64,000 nt of DNA, from contig OZ242374.1 in the NCBI GenBank assembly GCA_965209055.1, positions 5,088,001 to 5,152,000 on the forward strand, given 5' to 3'. The DNA comes from Acidobacteriota bacterium (GTDB lineage: Bacteria; Acidobacteriota; UBA6911; RPQK01; JAJDTT01). Position numbers and translations under genes: made by a program. Positions 41,917-51,257 of this stretch are shown piece by piece. A model generated the notes under the pieces. That model worked only from the letters and a program-made list of their open reading frames with translations. It made no database searches and was not told where the DNA came from. Numbering within the stretch: position 1 is the first letter of the stretch; each line of letters opens with the position of its first letter.

Positions 41917-44248
41917 TACGCTTGTTGAACTCGAATCCAGGGTACTCCACCCGATGGTGATACATTCCCCTGAGGACCCGTTCGAAGGCGTTGCCGATCC
42001 GGCCCAGCTCCTTGATGGTGACGTCGCACTCGTCGAACTGTCCGTCCTCGACGGTGGCCTGGGTCAAACGTTGGATCATGCTCCGGATCTGTCCCGGCCC
42101 CGGATCTTCCAGGGTGCGCGACGCCGCCTCCACCTGGTCGGCCAGCATGAGGATCGCCGCCTCTCGACTCTGCGGTTTGGGGCCGGGATAGCGGAACTCA
42201 CTCTCGCTGACCTCCATGCCCTTTGTCCGGGCGGCCTCCTTGGCCTTCTCGTAGAAATACTTCATCACCCGCGTCCCATGGTGCTGCGGTATCAGGTCCC
42301 GGACCTTGGGAAGCAACTTGATTTCGTCGGCAATGGCAAGCCCGTCCTTCACGTGACTGCCCAGGATGAGGCTGGACATGCTCGGAGTCAGGTTTTCGTG
42401 CTTGTTGCCGCTGTAGATCTGGTTCTCGACGTAGTATTCGGGCGCCTTGAGCTTGCCGATGTCGTGGTAATAGGCACCCACCCGCACCAGGAGATTGCTG
42501 GCTCCGATGGCTTCGGCTCCAGCCTCGGCCAAGGTCCCGACGCTGATGCTGTGGTGATAGGTCCCCGGAGCTTCCAGGGCCATCCGCCGCAGGACGGGGT
42601 TGTTCAGATTCGAGAGCTCGAGCAGGCGGACGTCGGTGGTGATCCGGAAAAAGGACTCCAATATCGGGAGCAGCAGGGACGCCAACATGGCGGCCAGGAA
42701 TCCACTCGCGAGCCCGCTGGCCGATCGCAGGCCAAAGAGCAACCAATCGAACCGCGCTTCCATCGAAAAAAGCTGATAGCCCAAGGCGATCGCCACGTTG
42801 ACCAATCCGATGATCAGACCGGCCCGGGTGACGACCGAGCGCTCCCGATACTGGTCCAGGGCATAGACGGCCGCCAGCGAACCGGCCAGGGTATAGGTGA
42901 CCATGAGACCTTCGCCCGTCATCAGTCCGGCGAAGACGGCAAACGTCAAGGCGTAGAAGACGGTCAGTGGGACGTTCGTCAGCAAGACGGCGATGATGGC
43001 GCCGGCCGCCGTGGGCACCACCAGGTAGAAATCCACCGGATTCTGGAATCTCTCGTCTCCGATCCCCTCCACCACGAAGTCCGCCAAGACCACGAAGACC
43101 TTGCAGACCACCAGCGTGCAGATGAGCACCAGCGACAACAGGACATGGTATCTGGGGGCCTCCGCCTTCTTCCCTCTCGCCATGACGGCATAGTGTCCCA
43201 GAGCGAACAGGAAGAACCCGGCCAGGATCAGGACCCCGAAGAACTTGCCCGCAACCCGGCGCGGCTGCTTGATGCTCTTGAGACCGCTGAGCAACAGGAG
43301 TTCATCGGGGCCGACCTCGTCGCCGCTCCGGACGAGGGTACGGCCCTTGCGGACCTGAATCAGAGCCTGATCCACTTCTTCCGACGCCAGGTTCTCCAAG
43401 TCCCGGGTGGCCCTCTCGTTGAAGCTGACATTGGGAACGACCCACGTGTCCAGGAAGCTGATGACCCGCTTCTTGGACACTCGGCCCACTGCCGTCAGCT
43501 CGTATTCGTTCTGCCGCAGGACGTCCCGAGCCTGCCCCAGGTCCCGAATCGCGATCCAATCGTCCAACGGTTCCTGCCGGCCGGTGATGGCATTCTGGAG
43601 AATGATTCCCCGGTCCCGATAGAGCAGGAGAATCTGGCGATTGAGAATGACCCCGGGAGATTTCATCGATTCCCGCAGCACGGCCAGCATCTGGTTTTCC
43701 AGTTCGGAGGAGAAGCCCTGCGCGAGGCAGATCTCCAGCACCTTCCCCTGGGCAAACCGCGGGAGGGCGTGGCTCAACTCGGAGAGCAGCTCGGCTTTCG
43801 CCCTTTTGGGAAAAGACCGCTTCTCCCCCAGTTGGTACCGGGTCCGAACCGCCGAGATAATTTGCCGGGCATCGGCAAAGGCGCTCTTCAACTCCGATTC
43901 CAGACGGTGGTTGACGGAGAGATCCAGATCGAAGACACCCGGGACACCCTGGATGATCTCCCGCTTCTTCTCATCGGTCTCCTCCACGTCCACTACCTGG
44001 AAGTCGCGGGGCGCTTCGATGGTCCGATCCGCAATGTCGCCCAATTGGTAGTCGGGAATGGATTGAAACTGAAAACCGGCCAGGACAGCGGCGACCACGA
44101 CCGAGAGGACCAGTCCGACCACCAGTTGCCGCGTCGTCAACTGGCCAAATATGCTCTGGCGCCAATGGGTGAGGCCGAGAAACCGCCTCGCCAGCGCACT
44201 TCTCTGGCTGGACCCGCCGACCCTTTTCGGACTGTTTCTATATTCCAT
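41879..44248 (-). CDS. 7TM-HD (HDIG) phosphohydrolase, PgpH-like
   Basis: Extracellular domain, 7 TMs, APGTYHHS, YYHDIGK, QHHGT, FRYPGPKPQ, MLAD. Confidence 0.93.
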   Translation of the reverse strand: MEYRNSPKRVGGSSQRSALARRFLGLTHWRQSIFGQLTTRQLVVGLVLSVVVAAVLAGFQFQSIPDYQLGDIADRTIEAPRDFQVVDVEETDEKKREIIQGVPGVFDLDLSVNHRLESELKSAFADARQIISAVRTRYQLGEKRSFPKRAKAELLSELSHALPRFAQGKVLEICLAQGFSSELENQMLAVLRESMKSPGVILNRQILLLYRDRGIILQNAITGRQEPLDDWIAIRDLGQARDVLRQNEYELTAVGRVSKKRVISFLDTWVVPNVSFNERATRDLENLASEEVDQALIQVRKGRTLVRSGDEVGPDELLLLSGLKSIKQPRRVAGKFFGVLILAGFFLFALGHYAVMARGKKAEAPRYHVLLSLVLICTLVVCKVFVVLADFVVEGIGDERFQNPVDFYLVVPTAAGAIIAVLLTNVPLTVFYALTFAVFAGLMTGEGLMVTYTLAGSLAAVYALDQYRERSVVTRAGLIIGLVNVAIALGYQLFSMEARFDWLLFGLRSASGLASGFLAAMLASLLLPILESFFRITTDVRLLELSNLNNPVLRRMALEAPGTYHHSISVGTLAEAGAEAIGASNLLVRVGAYYHDIGKLKAPEYYVENQIYSGNKHENLTPSMSSLILGSHVKDGLAIADEIKLLPKVRDLIPQHHGTRVMKYFYEKAKEAARTKGMEVSESEFRYPGPKPQSREAAILMLADQVEAASRTLEDPGPGQIRSMIQRLTQATVEDGQFDECDVTIKELGRIGNAFERVLRGMYHHRVEYPGFEFNKRIEEEQLPHPRIQ

Positions 44249-44323
44249 GGAAGAGTCCGGGAACGGTCGTATCTCCCCAAGCCGGCCTTCTCATCCGGCA
44301 AATTTCCTCAAGTACAGGCCGAA

Positions 44324-45565
44324 TCAAGGAACGTGGCGCTTGAACAAGAGGCAGGCATTGGTTCCCCCAAACCCAAAGGAGTTGGACATAGCATACCGAA
44401 TATCCGCCTTCCGTGCCTGGTGGGGAACATAATCCAGGTCGCAGTCCGGGTCGGGAGTTTCCAGGTTGATAGTAGGAGGAATGACCTGGTCCTTCAGGGT
44501 CTGCACCGCAACGCCCCCTTCCAATCCGCCGGCCGCTCCCAGCAGATGGCCGGTCATGGATTTGGTGGCGCTGACAGCCAGCTTGCGGGCATGATCCCCA
44601 AAGACCGTCTTGATCGCCAGAGTCTCGATCCGATCGTTTGGAGGGGTACTGGTTCCGTGGGCATTGATGTAGTCCACCTCTTCGGGAGAAACCTGGGCAT
44701 CTTCCAAGGTCTTCCTCATGGCCCGGACAGCACCCGCGCCATCTTCCGGAGGAGACGTGATGTGGTGAGCGTCGCCGCTCATGCCGTAACCCACGACTTC
44801 AGCCAGGATTTCAGCTCCCCGCTTGCGGGCCTGTTCCAATTCCTCCAGAACCAGGATTCCCGCCCCTTCGCCCATGACGAATCCATCCCGGTTCCGGTCA
44901 AAGGGGCGGCTGGCCTTCTCCGGAGCGTCATTTCGCTTCGAAAGGGCTCTCATGGCGGAGAAGCCTCCCATGCCCATGGGGGTGATGGCGGCTTCTGTGC
45001 CTCCGGCAATCATGGCGTCGGTTTCACCGCGCTGGATCATGCGGAAGGAGTCCCCCAGCGCGTGGGAGCCGGCTGAACAGGCGGTGCAGGTGGCGGAATT
45101 GGGTCCCATGGCGCCGATCCGGATGGACACTTGACCCGCCGCCAGATTCACGATGGTCGAGGGAATGAAGAAGGGGGAAATCCGCCGCGGCCCCCGGGCC
45201 AGAAAATTGTTGTGCTCGCGTTCGATGATGCCGAATCCGCCGATGCCCGATCCGATGTAGACGCCGACTCGCTCGCCGTTTTCGGGCGTGATCCGGAGTC
45301 CCGAAACATCTACGGCATAGTCACTGGCCGAAATGGCGTATTGAATGAAGAGGTCCATCTTCCGGACCTCCTTGCGGCTCAGGTAAAGGAGGGGATCGAA
45401 ACCCTTGACTTCGGCGGCAATCTTGGTGGGAAACTTGGAAGTGTCGAATCGGGTGACGTATCCGACACCGCTCCTGCCGTGTAGCAGCGCCTCCCAGGTT
45501 TCGCGCGTGTCCAAACCGACGGGCGAAACCATGCCCACGCCCGTTACCGCGACCCTTCTCTTCAA
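44324..45565 (-). CDS. fabF: 3-oxoacyl-ACP synthase II
   Basis: TACSAG, NAHGTST, KSMTGHLLG, NSFGFGGTN. Confidence 0.98.
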   Translation of the reverse strand: MKRRVAVTGVGMVSPVGLDTRETWEALLHGRSGVGYVTRFDTSKFPTKIAAEVKGFDPLLYLSRKEVRKMDLFIQYAISASDYAVDVSGLRITPENGERVGVYIGSGIGGFGIIEREHNNFLARGPRRISPFFIPSTIVNLAAGQVSIRIGAMGPNSATCTACSAGSHALGDSFRMIQRGETDAMIAGGTEAAITPMGMGGFSAMRALSKRNDAPEKASRPFDRNRDGFVMGEGAGILVLEELEQARKRGAEILAEVVGYGMSGDAHHITSPPEDGAGAVRAMRKTLEDAQVSPEEVDYINAHGTSTPPNDRIETLAIKTVFGDHARKLAVSATKSMTGHLLGAAGGLEGGVAVQTLKDQVIPPTINLETPDPDCDLDYVPHQARKADIRYAMSNSFGFGGTNACLLFKRHVP

Positions 45566-45614
45566 GATGCCGTCGCTCCCGAAGTCCCCGGTGGGGCTTC
45601 GCGTTAAATTGGAA

Positions 45615-45851
45615 TCACTTCTGCTGAGCGTCGATATAGTCTATGGCGTCACGGACGGTTCGGATCTTTTCCGCGTCTTCATCGGGTATCTCCAGTTCGA
45701 AGTCCTCTTCGAACTTCATGACCAACTCCACCGTGTCCAGCGAGTCGGCGCCCAGATCCTCAATGAAGCGGGCGTCGGCGCTCACGTCCGAATCGTTGAC
45801 TCCAAGCTGGTCCACAATGATCGCTTTCACTTGCTCCTCGACCGATGACAT
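45615..45851 (-). CDS. acpP: Acyl carrier protein
   Basis: [14 protein letters not shown]; GGAGG SD. Confidence 0.98.
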   Translation of the reverse strand: MSSVEEQVKAIIVDQLGVNDSDVSADARFIEDLGADSLDTVELVMKFEEDFELEIPDEDAEKIRTVRDAIDYIDAQQK

Positions 45852-45988
45852 GGCTCCTCCAATCGTGTTTCCGATAATGATCGATACCGCGTTATCCACG
45901 ACCGATGACCTGGTTCCTCCACCAAGTTATTCATGGGGACCGGTGGCACCGGGCCCGCGCCGTATGAGGCTCGCGAACGCGGGGTGAA

Positions 45989-46732
45989 CTACATATACAT
46001 GCCGCCGTTTACGTTTAGCACATGCCCCGTTACATATCCAGCGTCCCTTGAAGCCAGAAACTGCACTCCGTAAGCCACTTCTCCGACGGTTCCGGGCCGC
46101 CGCAGGGGGATGGTGGCTTCCAGTCCGGAACGGGCTCGGGAAGGGAGGCTGCGAGTCATATCGGTGTCGATGAATCCCGGGGAAACGGCATTCACAGTGA
46201 TGTTTCGCGCGGCAACCTCCCTGGCCAACGCCTTGGTGAAACCGATGATTCCCGCTTTGCTGGAGACGTAGTTGATCTGACCCGGGTTTCCGGTCTGCCC
46301 CACCACGGAGGTCAGGTTTACGATTCTGCCGTAACGCTGCCTGATCATGCTCCGGACGACCGCCCGGGTGACCCGAAAGACGCCGTCCAGGTTGGTGTTG
46401 AGAACCTGGCGCCAATCCTCCTCCGACATTCGGAGCAACAGCTTGTCCCGGACGATTGCGGCGTTGTTCACCAGAATATCGATCCTTCCGAACTCGTCCA
46501 GCACCCGCTTCACCCCCTCCTGAACGGAGGAAGGCGACGAGATATCCATGGCGACCCCCAGCGTGGGCTGGCCCGACTCCCCAACAGTGGCCGCCACACT
46601 CTCGATTTCCGCCTGCGTCCGGGAAACGAGGGCGACGCTTGCCCCGTGGTTCGAAAGGTCCTCCGCGACGCGGCGGCCGATGCCGCGCGAGGCTCCTGTC
46701 ACCAGTGCGACCTGCCCGGAAAAATCAAACAT
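45989..46732 (-). CDS. fabG: 3-oxoacyl-ACP reductase
   Basis: TGASRGIG, NNA, YVSSK, PGFIDTDMT. Confidence 0.95.
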   Translation of the reverse strand: MFDFSGQVALVTGASRGIGRRVAEDLSNHGASVALVSRTQAEIESVAATVGESGQPTLGVAMDISSPSSVQEGVKRVLDEFGRIDILVNNAAIVRDKLLLRMSEEDWRQVLNTNLDGVFRVTRAVVRSMIRQRYGRIVNLTSVVGQTGNPGQINYVSSKAGIIGFTKALAREVAARNITVNAVSPGFIDTDMTRSLPSRARSGLEATIPLRRPGTVGEVAYGVQFLASRDAGYVTGHVLNVNGGMYM

Positions 46733-47639
46733 AGGCCTCCACCTCGGCACGGTTCCCGATCCACATCGCCTCGGCGTCGGGCACGATCTGCCGTATCAGA
46801 CGGCTCAGCACCCGGCCCGGCCCGACCTCGACGAACGTCCGGGCGCCCATTTCCCAGAGCGCCTCCACCGAGCGGCGCCATTGGACGGGGGCGGTCACCT
46901 GGCGAATCAGGCCGTCCCGCGCCTCGGCGCCAGCAGTAACGGCCCGTCCATCAACGTTATTGATCAGAGGACAGGCCAGGTCTGCAAACCGGGTCTCCTC
47001 GAGTATCGGCTTCAGGCGTTGCCGGGCCGGCTCCATCAGAGCACAATGAAACGGAGCGCTCACCGGCAACCGCAGCGCCCGCCGGGCGCCCCGCGACCGC
47101 GCCAGCCGGCAGGCACGATCCACGGCGGCGCGGTGCCCCGCAATGACGACCTGCTGAGGAGAGTTGAGGTTCGCGGCAGAGACCACCTGGCCCTGCGCGG
47201 CTTCGCGGCAGACTTCCTCCAGGGGGCCGGCGTCCAGCCCCAGAATCGCAGCCATGCTTCCCTTTCCCACCGGGACCGCCTCCTGCATGAACCGGCCGCG
47301 CCGGCGCACCAGGCGAACGGCATCGGTGAACTCCAAGGCCCCGGCCGCAACCAGCGCGGAATACTCTCCCAAACTGTGACCCGCGACAAAATCGGGCCGG
47401 CGTCCCCGCTCGCCCAACGCCCTCAGGAGAGCAACCGACGTGCTCAGAATCGCTGGCTGGGTATTGGCGGTCAGCGCCAGATCCTGGCGGCTGCCCCGGT
47501 GGCAGATTTCGCTGAGGCCGAATCCCAACGCGGCGTCGGCCTGAGCGAAGACCTCCCGGGCCGCCGGATAGGCTTCAGCCACGTCCAGGCCCATTCCGGG
47601 GGCCTGGGACCCCTGACCCGGAAACACGAAAGCGATCAT
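46725..47639 (-). CDS. fabD: Malonyl-CoA:ACP transacylase
   Basis: FPGQGSQ, GHSLGEY, SAPFH. Confidence 0.97.
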   Translation of the reverse strand: MIAFVFPGQGSQAPGMGLDVAEAYPAAREVFAQADAALGFGLSEICHRGSRQDLALTANTQPAILSTSVALLRALGERGRRPDFVAGHSLGEYSALVAAGALEFTDAVRLVRRRGRFMQEAVPVGKGSMAAILGLDAGPLEEVCREAAQGQVVSAANLNSPQQVVIAGHRAAVDRACRLARSRGARRALRLPVSAPFHCALMEPARQRLKPILEETRFADLACPLINNVDGRAVTAGAEARDGLIRQVTAPVQWRRSVEALWEMGARTFVEVGPGRVLSRLIRQIVPDAEAMWIGNRAEVEAYV

Positions 47640-47686
47640 GAAACCTCAAGACGGGAAGCCGGACGGCAACGCGGCGCCACGGCCGG

Positions 47687-47869
47687 CTACGCCTCCCCCG
47701 CCTTGATGACCTGCCGCCCCTTGTAATATCCGCACTCGGGACAGACGCGATGGGGAAGCACGGTGCTGCCGCATTGGCTGCAGGTGGCCAGACTGGGGGC
47801 CGTCAGGAAATCGTGAGATCTCCTTCGTCCCCTGCGGGCCCTGGAATGTCGTCTCTTGGGATTGGCCAC
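47687..47869 (-). CDS. rpmF: 50S ribosomal protein L32 (Zn-ribbon form)
   Basis: ANPKRRHS..RR.H, CSQC...HRVCPECGYY. Confidence 0.95.
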   Translation of the reverse strand: MANPKRRHSRARRGRRRSHDFLTAPSLATCSQCGSTVLPHRVCPECGYYKGRQVIKAGEA

Positions 47870-47938
47870 AGTCTTGTCCTCTGGCGGGCCCGGGCGCTCC
47901 ACCCGCGATTCACGCGGCGGAGGTCCCGTTCCGGCCTT

Positions 47939-48481
47939 TCACTGTTTGCGGTTCATCTTGAGCTTAAGATCGGCCAGCATGGCCAGCCGGGGATCCAGGG
48001 GACGCCCGGAACAGGAACAGGGCCCTTCGTTCAGATCCTGCCCGCACTGGTCGCACAGGCCCTCGCAGCTCTCCTTGCATACGGGCTTCATGGGGAGTTC
48101 CAGGACGATCTGCTCGCCCACCGAAGCACCCACGTCCAATTGCTCGTTCCGGTAGAACCCAACCGTCAACTCTCCAAACTCGAGCTCGATTTCCTCCCCT
48201 TCCCGGCTGACCTCCGGGTCCGGGTGGTACTCCAAGTCGAACTCCTTGTTCAGGGACCAGTCGACGGGCTTGAGGCAGCGGCTGCAGGAGACCTGCAGAT
48301 CGGCCTTCACGGCGCCCGCGACCCGAACGGCGTCGCCGGCGACCGCCAGACTGACCTGGGCCCGGGCCGGGCGGTTCATATTGCAGACCGACGGACCCAA
48401 AGCCAAGTCCCGGTTGGTGATCGCCAAGTCCAGCGACCGGGGCTCTCCTGTCTTTTTCAGCCGCCCGATGTCCACCACCAT
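47939..48481 (-). CDS. YceD/DUF177 family protein
   Basis: CSRCL, LPMKPVCKESCEGLCDQCG.DLN, DPRL; precedes rpmF. Confidence 0.93.
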   Translation of the reverse strand: MVVDIGRLKKTGEPRSLDLAITNRDLALGPSVCNMNRPARAQVSLAVAGDAVRVAGAVKADLQVSCSRCLKPVDWSLNKEFDLEYHPDPEVSREGEEIELEFGELTVGFYRNEQLDVGASVGEQIVLELPMKPVCKESCEGLCDQCGQDLNEGPCSCSGRPLDPRLAMLADLKLKMNRKQ

Positions 48482-48519
48482 TTCCTGTCCCCAAAACGAA
48501 GATTGGAATGAAGTTTGGG

Positions 48520-48549
48520 AATCTACTCCAAAAACCGCCTTCTTGTCAA
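48520..48549 (-). promoter_or_regulatory. sigma70 promoter of the yceD-rpmF-fab operon
   Basis: TTGACA-18 bp-TAGATT. Confidence 0.6.
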
Positions 48550-48602
48550 GGGGAACCGATCCCGAATAAAAGGCTCAACCCTTTTCTTTTCAATATGTTC
48601 CG

Positions 48603-49736
48603 CTATCCCGCATGACTGGAGATCCGGCCCCGGATCTTGCGGGCGAAGGAATCCGTCATGCCCGCGATGTAGTCGCAGACGACTCGCTGAACTCCGCGCT
48701 CCCCGATCCGGTCGAAATGGGGCGGAGGCAGTTTTGCCGGATCTTCCTCATAGTAACGGAAGAGATCGGCGATCAGCGCCTTGGCGCGCCGCCGGGGACG
48801 CTCCAAGTCGGGATGGTGATAAAGATTGTCGCGCAGAAAGCCCTTGAGCTGCCGGCTGAGACCGCCGATCTCCGGGCCGAACCGGACCACCCGGCTCGGA
48901 AATCTCCGGACGGCTTCCACCGAATCGAGCGCCTCCGTGCGGATCCGGTCACGAGTGGCCCGAACCAGATCCGTCACCAGCACGTCGATCAGCCGGCGAA
49001 TGGCCTCGCTGACCAGAATTCCCTCGGAAGATCCGGGGAAATTCTCCTCGATCCGCAGGTACAGGCGCCGAAAGAGAGCCGATCCCTCCATCATCTGGTC
49101 AAGAGTGATCAGCCCGGACCCGTAGCCGTCGTCCAGGTCCGCAGTGTTGTAGGCCACCTCGTCGGCCAGATCGATCAATTGGGCCTCCAGGGGCGGGCGC
49201 TCCCCTTTTCGATAACCATCGATGTCCACGTAGGGTTGGTCGCCGGGAGCGTAGTCGCGGCTGTGCTTCACGATCCCCTCGCGAACCTCGAACGTCAGGT
49301 TCAAACCCGGGAAGCGAGCGTAGCGCTCTTCGAAATCTTCGACGATCCGCAAGGCATGGAGGTTGTGCTCGAACCCCGAACCGTGCGACCTCATGATACG
49401 GTCCAGAACCTCCTCTCCGGCGTGGCTGAACGGCGGGTGGCCGATGTCGTGACTCAGCGCCAGGACCTCGCAAAGATCGTTGTTCAGGCAGAGAGCGGAG
49501 CTGATGGTGCGCGCGATCTGGCTGACCTCGAGGGTATGGGTCAGCCGATTCCGGAAGTGATCCGAATAGTTGGGGTTGAAGACCTGGGTCTTCTTCTCCA
49601 GCCGGCGAAACGCCTTGGCGTGAACGATGCGGTCCCGGTCCCGCTGGAACGGGTTGCGATAGGGGTGCTCCGGCTCGGCGTAGCGCCGCCCCTCGCTGTC
49701 TTCGACTCTCATGGCGAAAGGCGCCAGGGAAGACAT
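48603..49736 (-). CDS. dgt: dGTP triphosphohydrolase-like protein
   Basis: FQRDRDRI, FRRL..KTQVF, RLTHTLEV, HDIGHPPFSHAGE, DYIAGMTD. Confidence 0.95.
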   Translation of the reverse strand: MSSLAPFAMRVEDSEGRRYAEPEHPYRNPFQRDRDRIVHAKAFRRLEKKTQVFNPNYSDHFRNRLTHTLEVSQIARTISSALCLNNDLCEVLALSHDIGHPPFSHAGEEVLDRIMRSHGSGFEHNLHALRIVEDFEERYARFPGLNLTFEVREGIVKHSRDYAPGDQPYVDIDGYRKGERPPLEAQLIDLADEVAYNTADLDDGYGSGLITLDQMMEGSALFRRLYLRIEENFPGSSEGILVSEAIRRLIDVLVTDLVRATRDRIRTEALDSVEAVRRFPSRVVRFGPEIGGLSRQLKGFLRDNLYHHPDLERPRRRAKALIADLFRYYEEDPAKLPPPHFDRIGERGVQRVVCDYIAGMTDSFARKIRGRISSHAG

Positions 49737-49743
49737 GCCGGGG

Positions 49744-49749
49744 ATTATA
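49744..49749 (-). promoter_or_regulatory. -10 box of a probably leaderless dgt transcript
   Basis: TATAAT 7 nt upstream of ATG, no SD. Confidence 0.6.
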
Positions 49750-49963
49750 GTCCTTGGGCGAGGAGCGAGGAGCGTGGAATGAGAACTTTCGGAAGCTGGA
49801 GCCCCACCCGGGGCGGGACGCAGACCATCTACCAAGACGACCCCTACCCGTCTCATGTGACCCTGCCGGTCATTTCCGAATGATGCGAATCGGGATGGAA
49901 GCCAGCCTCGATTCGATGGGTTGACCCGCTCCGGAAGGCCGTGGCCGCTTCCCGCGACCGGCG

Positions 49964-51199
49964 CTACAGGCGAGTCAGGCTTTTTCGCAAACTGTCCAGA
50001 AATTGGGCGGCCTCGGCGCCGTCGACCACCCGATGATCCGCCGCCAGCGTGAGGGACATCTGGGACCGGATGCCGATCACACCCTGGTTCACGAAGGGGC
50101 GTTCACGAATCTCGCCGACTGCCAGCAACGCACTCTGGGGCGGATTGATCAGGCCGTTGAACTCACGGATCCCGTACATGCCGAGGTTGCTCAGAGTGAA
50201 GGTCCCTCCGGCAAACTCTTCGGGACGGGTTCTTCCCTTTCGGGCACGATCGACCAGACCGCTCAGTTGTTCGTCGATCTCATCGATGGTCTGGGAGGCG
50301 CAATCACGAAGGACGGGAACCAGCAGGCCTCGATCAGTGGCCACGGCGACATTGATATTCACCTGGCGGTGGATCTCGATGTGATCCCCCTTCCAGGAGG
50401 CATTGAAACGGCGATTGCGCTCCAGCGATTCCGCCAACGCCTTCACCAGGAATGCGGTAATCGAGACGCGCCGGCCCGCCTGCCGCCGTTCTCGTTGCGC
50501 TTTCAACAGGACACCGGCGTCGACGTCCACCGTCAGATGGAACTGGGGGATTGTGGCGCTCTCAATCATTCGCTGAGCCACCACGCGCCTGATCTGCGAG
50601 AGTTCCTCTCGTTCCGCCGCGCCAGGAGGGGCGACTTCCAGTCGCCCGGTCATTTTTTGCGCCACTCGCCCTCGGGAGGTCGGCGACTGGAAGTCGCCGC
50701 TCCGGCCACCAATCCGCCGTTCCACGTCAGCCCGGACGATCCGGCCTCTGGGCCCGGTTCCGCGGATTCCGGCCAGATCGATACCATGCTTGCGGGCCAG
50801 GCGCCGGGCTGCGGGCGCCGCGCGCACGTTGGGCTCGGCCGATAGCCCGGCCGAGCGGGCCCGGCCCCGCGGCACGGCCGGAGCTTCCGGAACGCCTTCG
50901 GCGACGGATCCCACCTTCGCTGGTTCGGCGGGAGTCGGACGCGAGATTGGAGATTCACCGGCGGCAGCCCCGTCCTCGATGACGGCCAGGAGTTGGGCGA
51001 CCGCCACATGACCTTCCAGGACACAGATCTCCCGCAGGATCCCGGTGGCCGGAGCCTCCAGCTCCACCGCCGCCTTTTCGGTCTCGACCAGGACAAGTGA
51101 TTCGCCCGCTTGAACGGCGTCCCCGGTCTGCTTCAGCCACCGAATCACGGTGCCGCCGGCATCGGAGATTCCGTATGCGGGCATTCTGAGTTCGGTCAT
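49964..51199 (-). CDS. 2-oxoacid dehydrogenase E2 (dihydrolipoamide acyltransferase)
   Basis: Lipoyl ETEKA, PSBD GTGPRGRI, GGTFTLSNLG, DHRVVDG. Confidence 0.95.
   Translation of the reverse strand: MTELRMPAYGISDAGGTVIRWLKQTGDAVQAGESLVLVETEKAAVELEAPATGILREICVLEGHVAVAQLLAVIEDGAAAGESPISRPTPAEPAKVGSVAEGVPEAPAVPRGRARSAGLSAEPNVRAAPAARRLARKHGIDLAGIRGTGPRGRIVRADVERRIGGRSGDFQSPTSRGRVAQKMTGRLEVAPPGAAEREELSQIRRVVAQRMIESATIPQFHLTVDVDAGVLLKAQRERRQAGRRVSITAFLVKALAESLERNRRFNASWKGDHIEIHRQVNINVAVATDRGLLVPVLRDCASQTIDEIDEQLSGLVDRARKGRTRPEEFAGGTFTLSNLGMYGIREFNGLINPPQSALLAVGEIRERPFVNQGVIGIRSQMSLTLAADHRVVDGAEAAQFLDSLRKSLTRL
50625..50703. repeat. 79-bp REP-doublet-like element, copy 2 (inside E2 coding sequence)
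   Basis: Arms GGAG(G/C)GGCGACTTCCAGTCGCC (50625-50646, 50682-50703), 35-bp spacer, same geometry as copy 1. Confidence 0.85.
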
Positions 51200-51257
51200 G
51201 GCCGACACCCCAAGCCGAGCGGCGTTCCTGATTTCAAACCGATTGCACCATGGCGGC

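Noticed and set aside
48568-48590. Possible terminator after dgt (AAAAGG-N6-CCTTTT)
   Set aside because: Stem too AT-rich and weak to call confidently.
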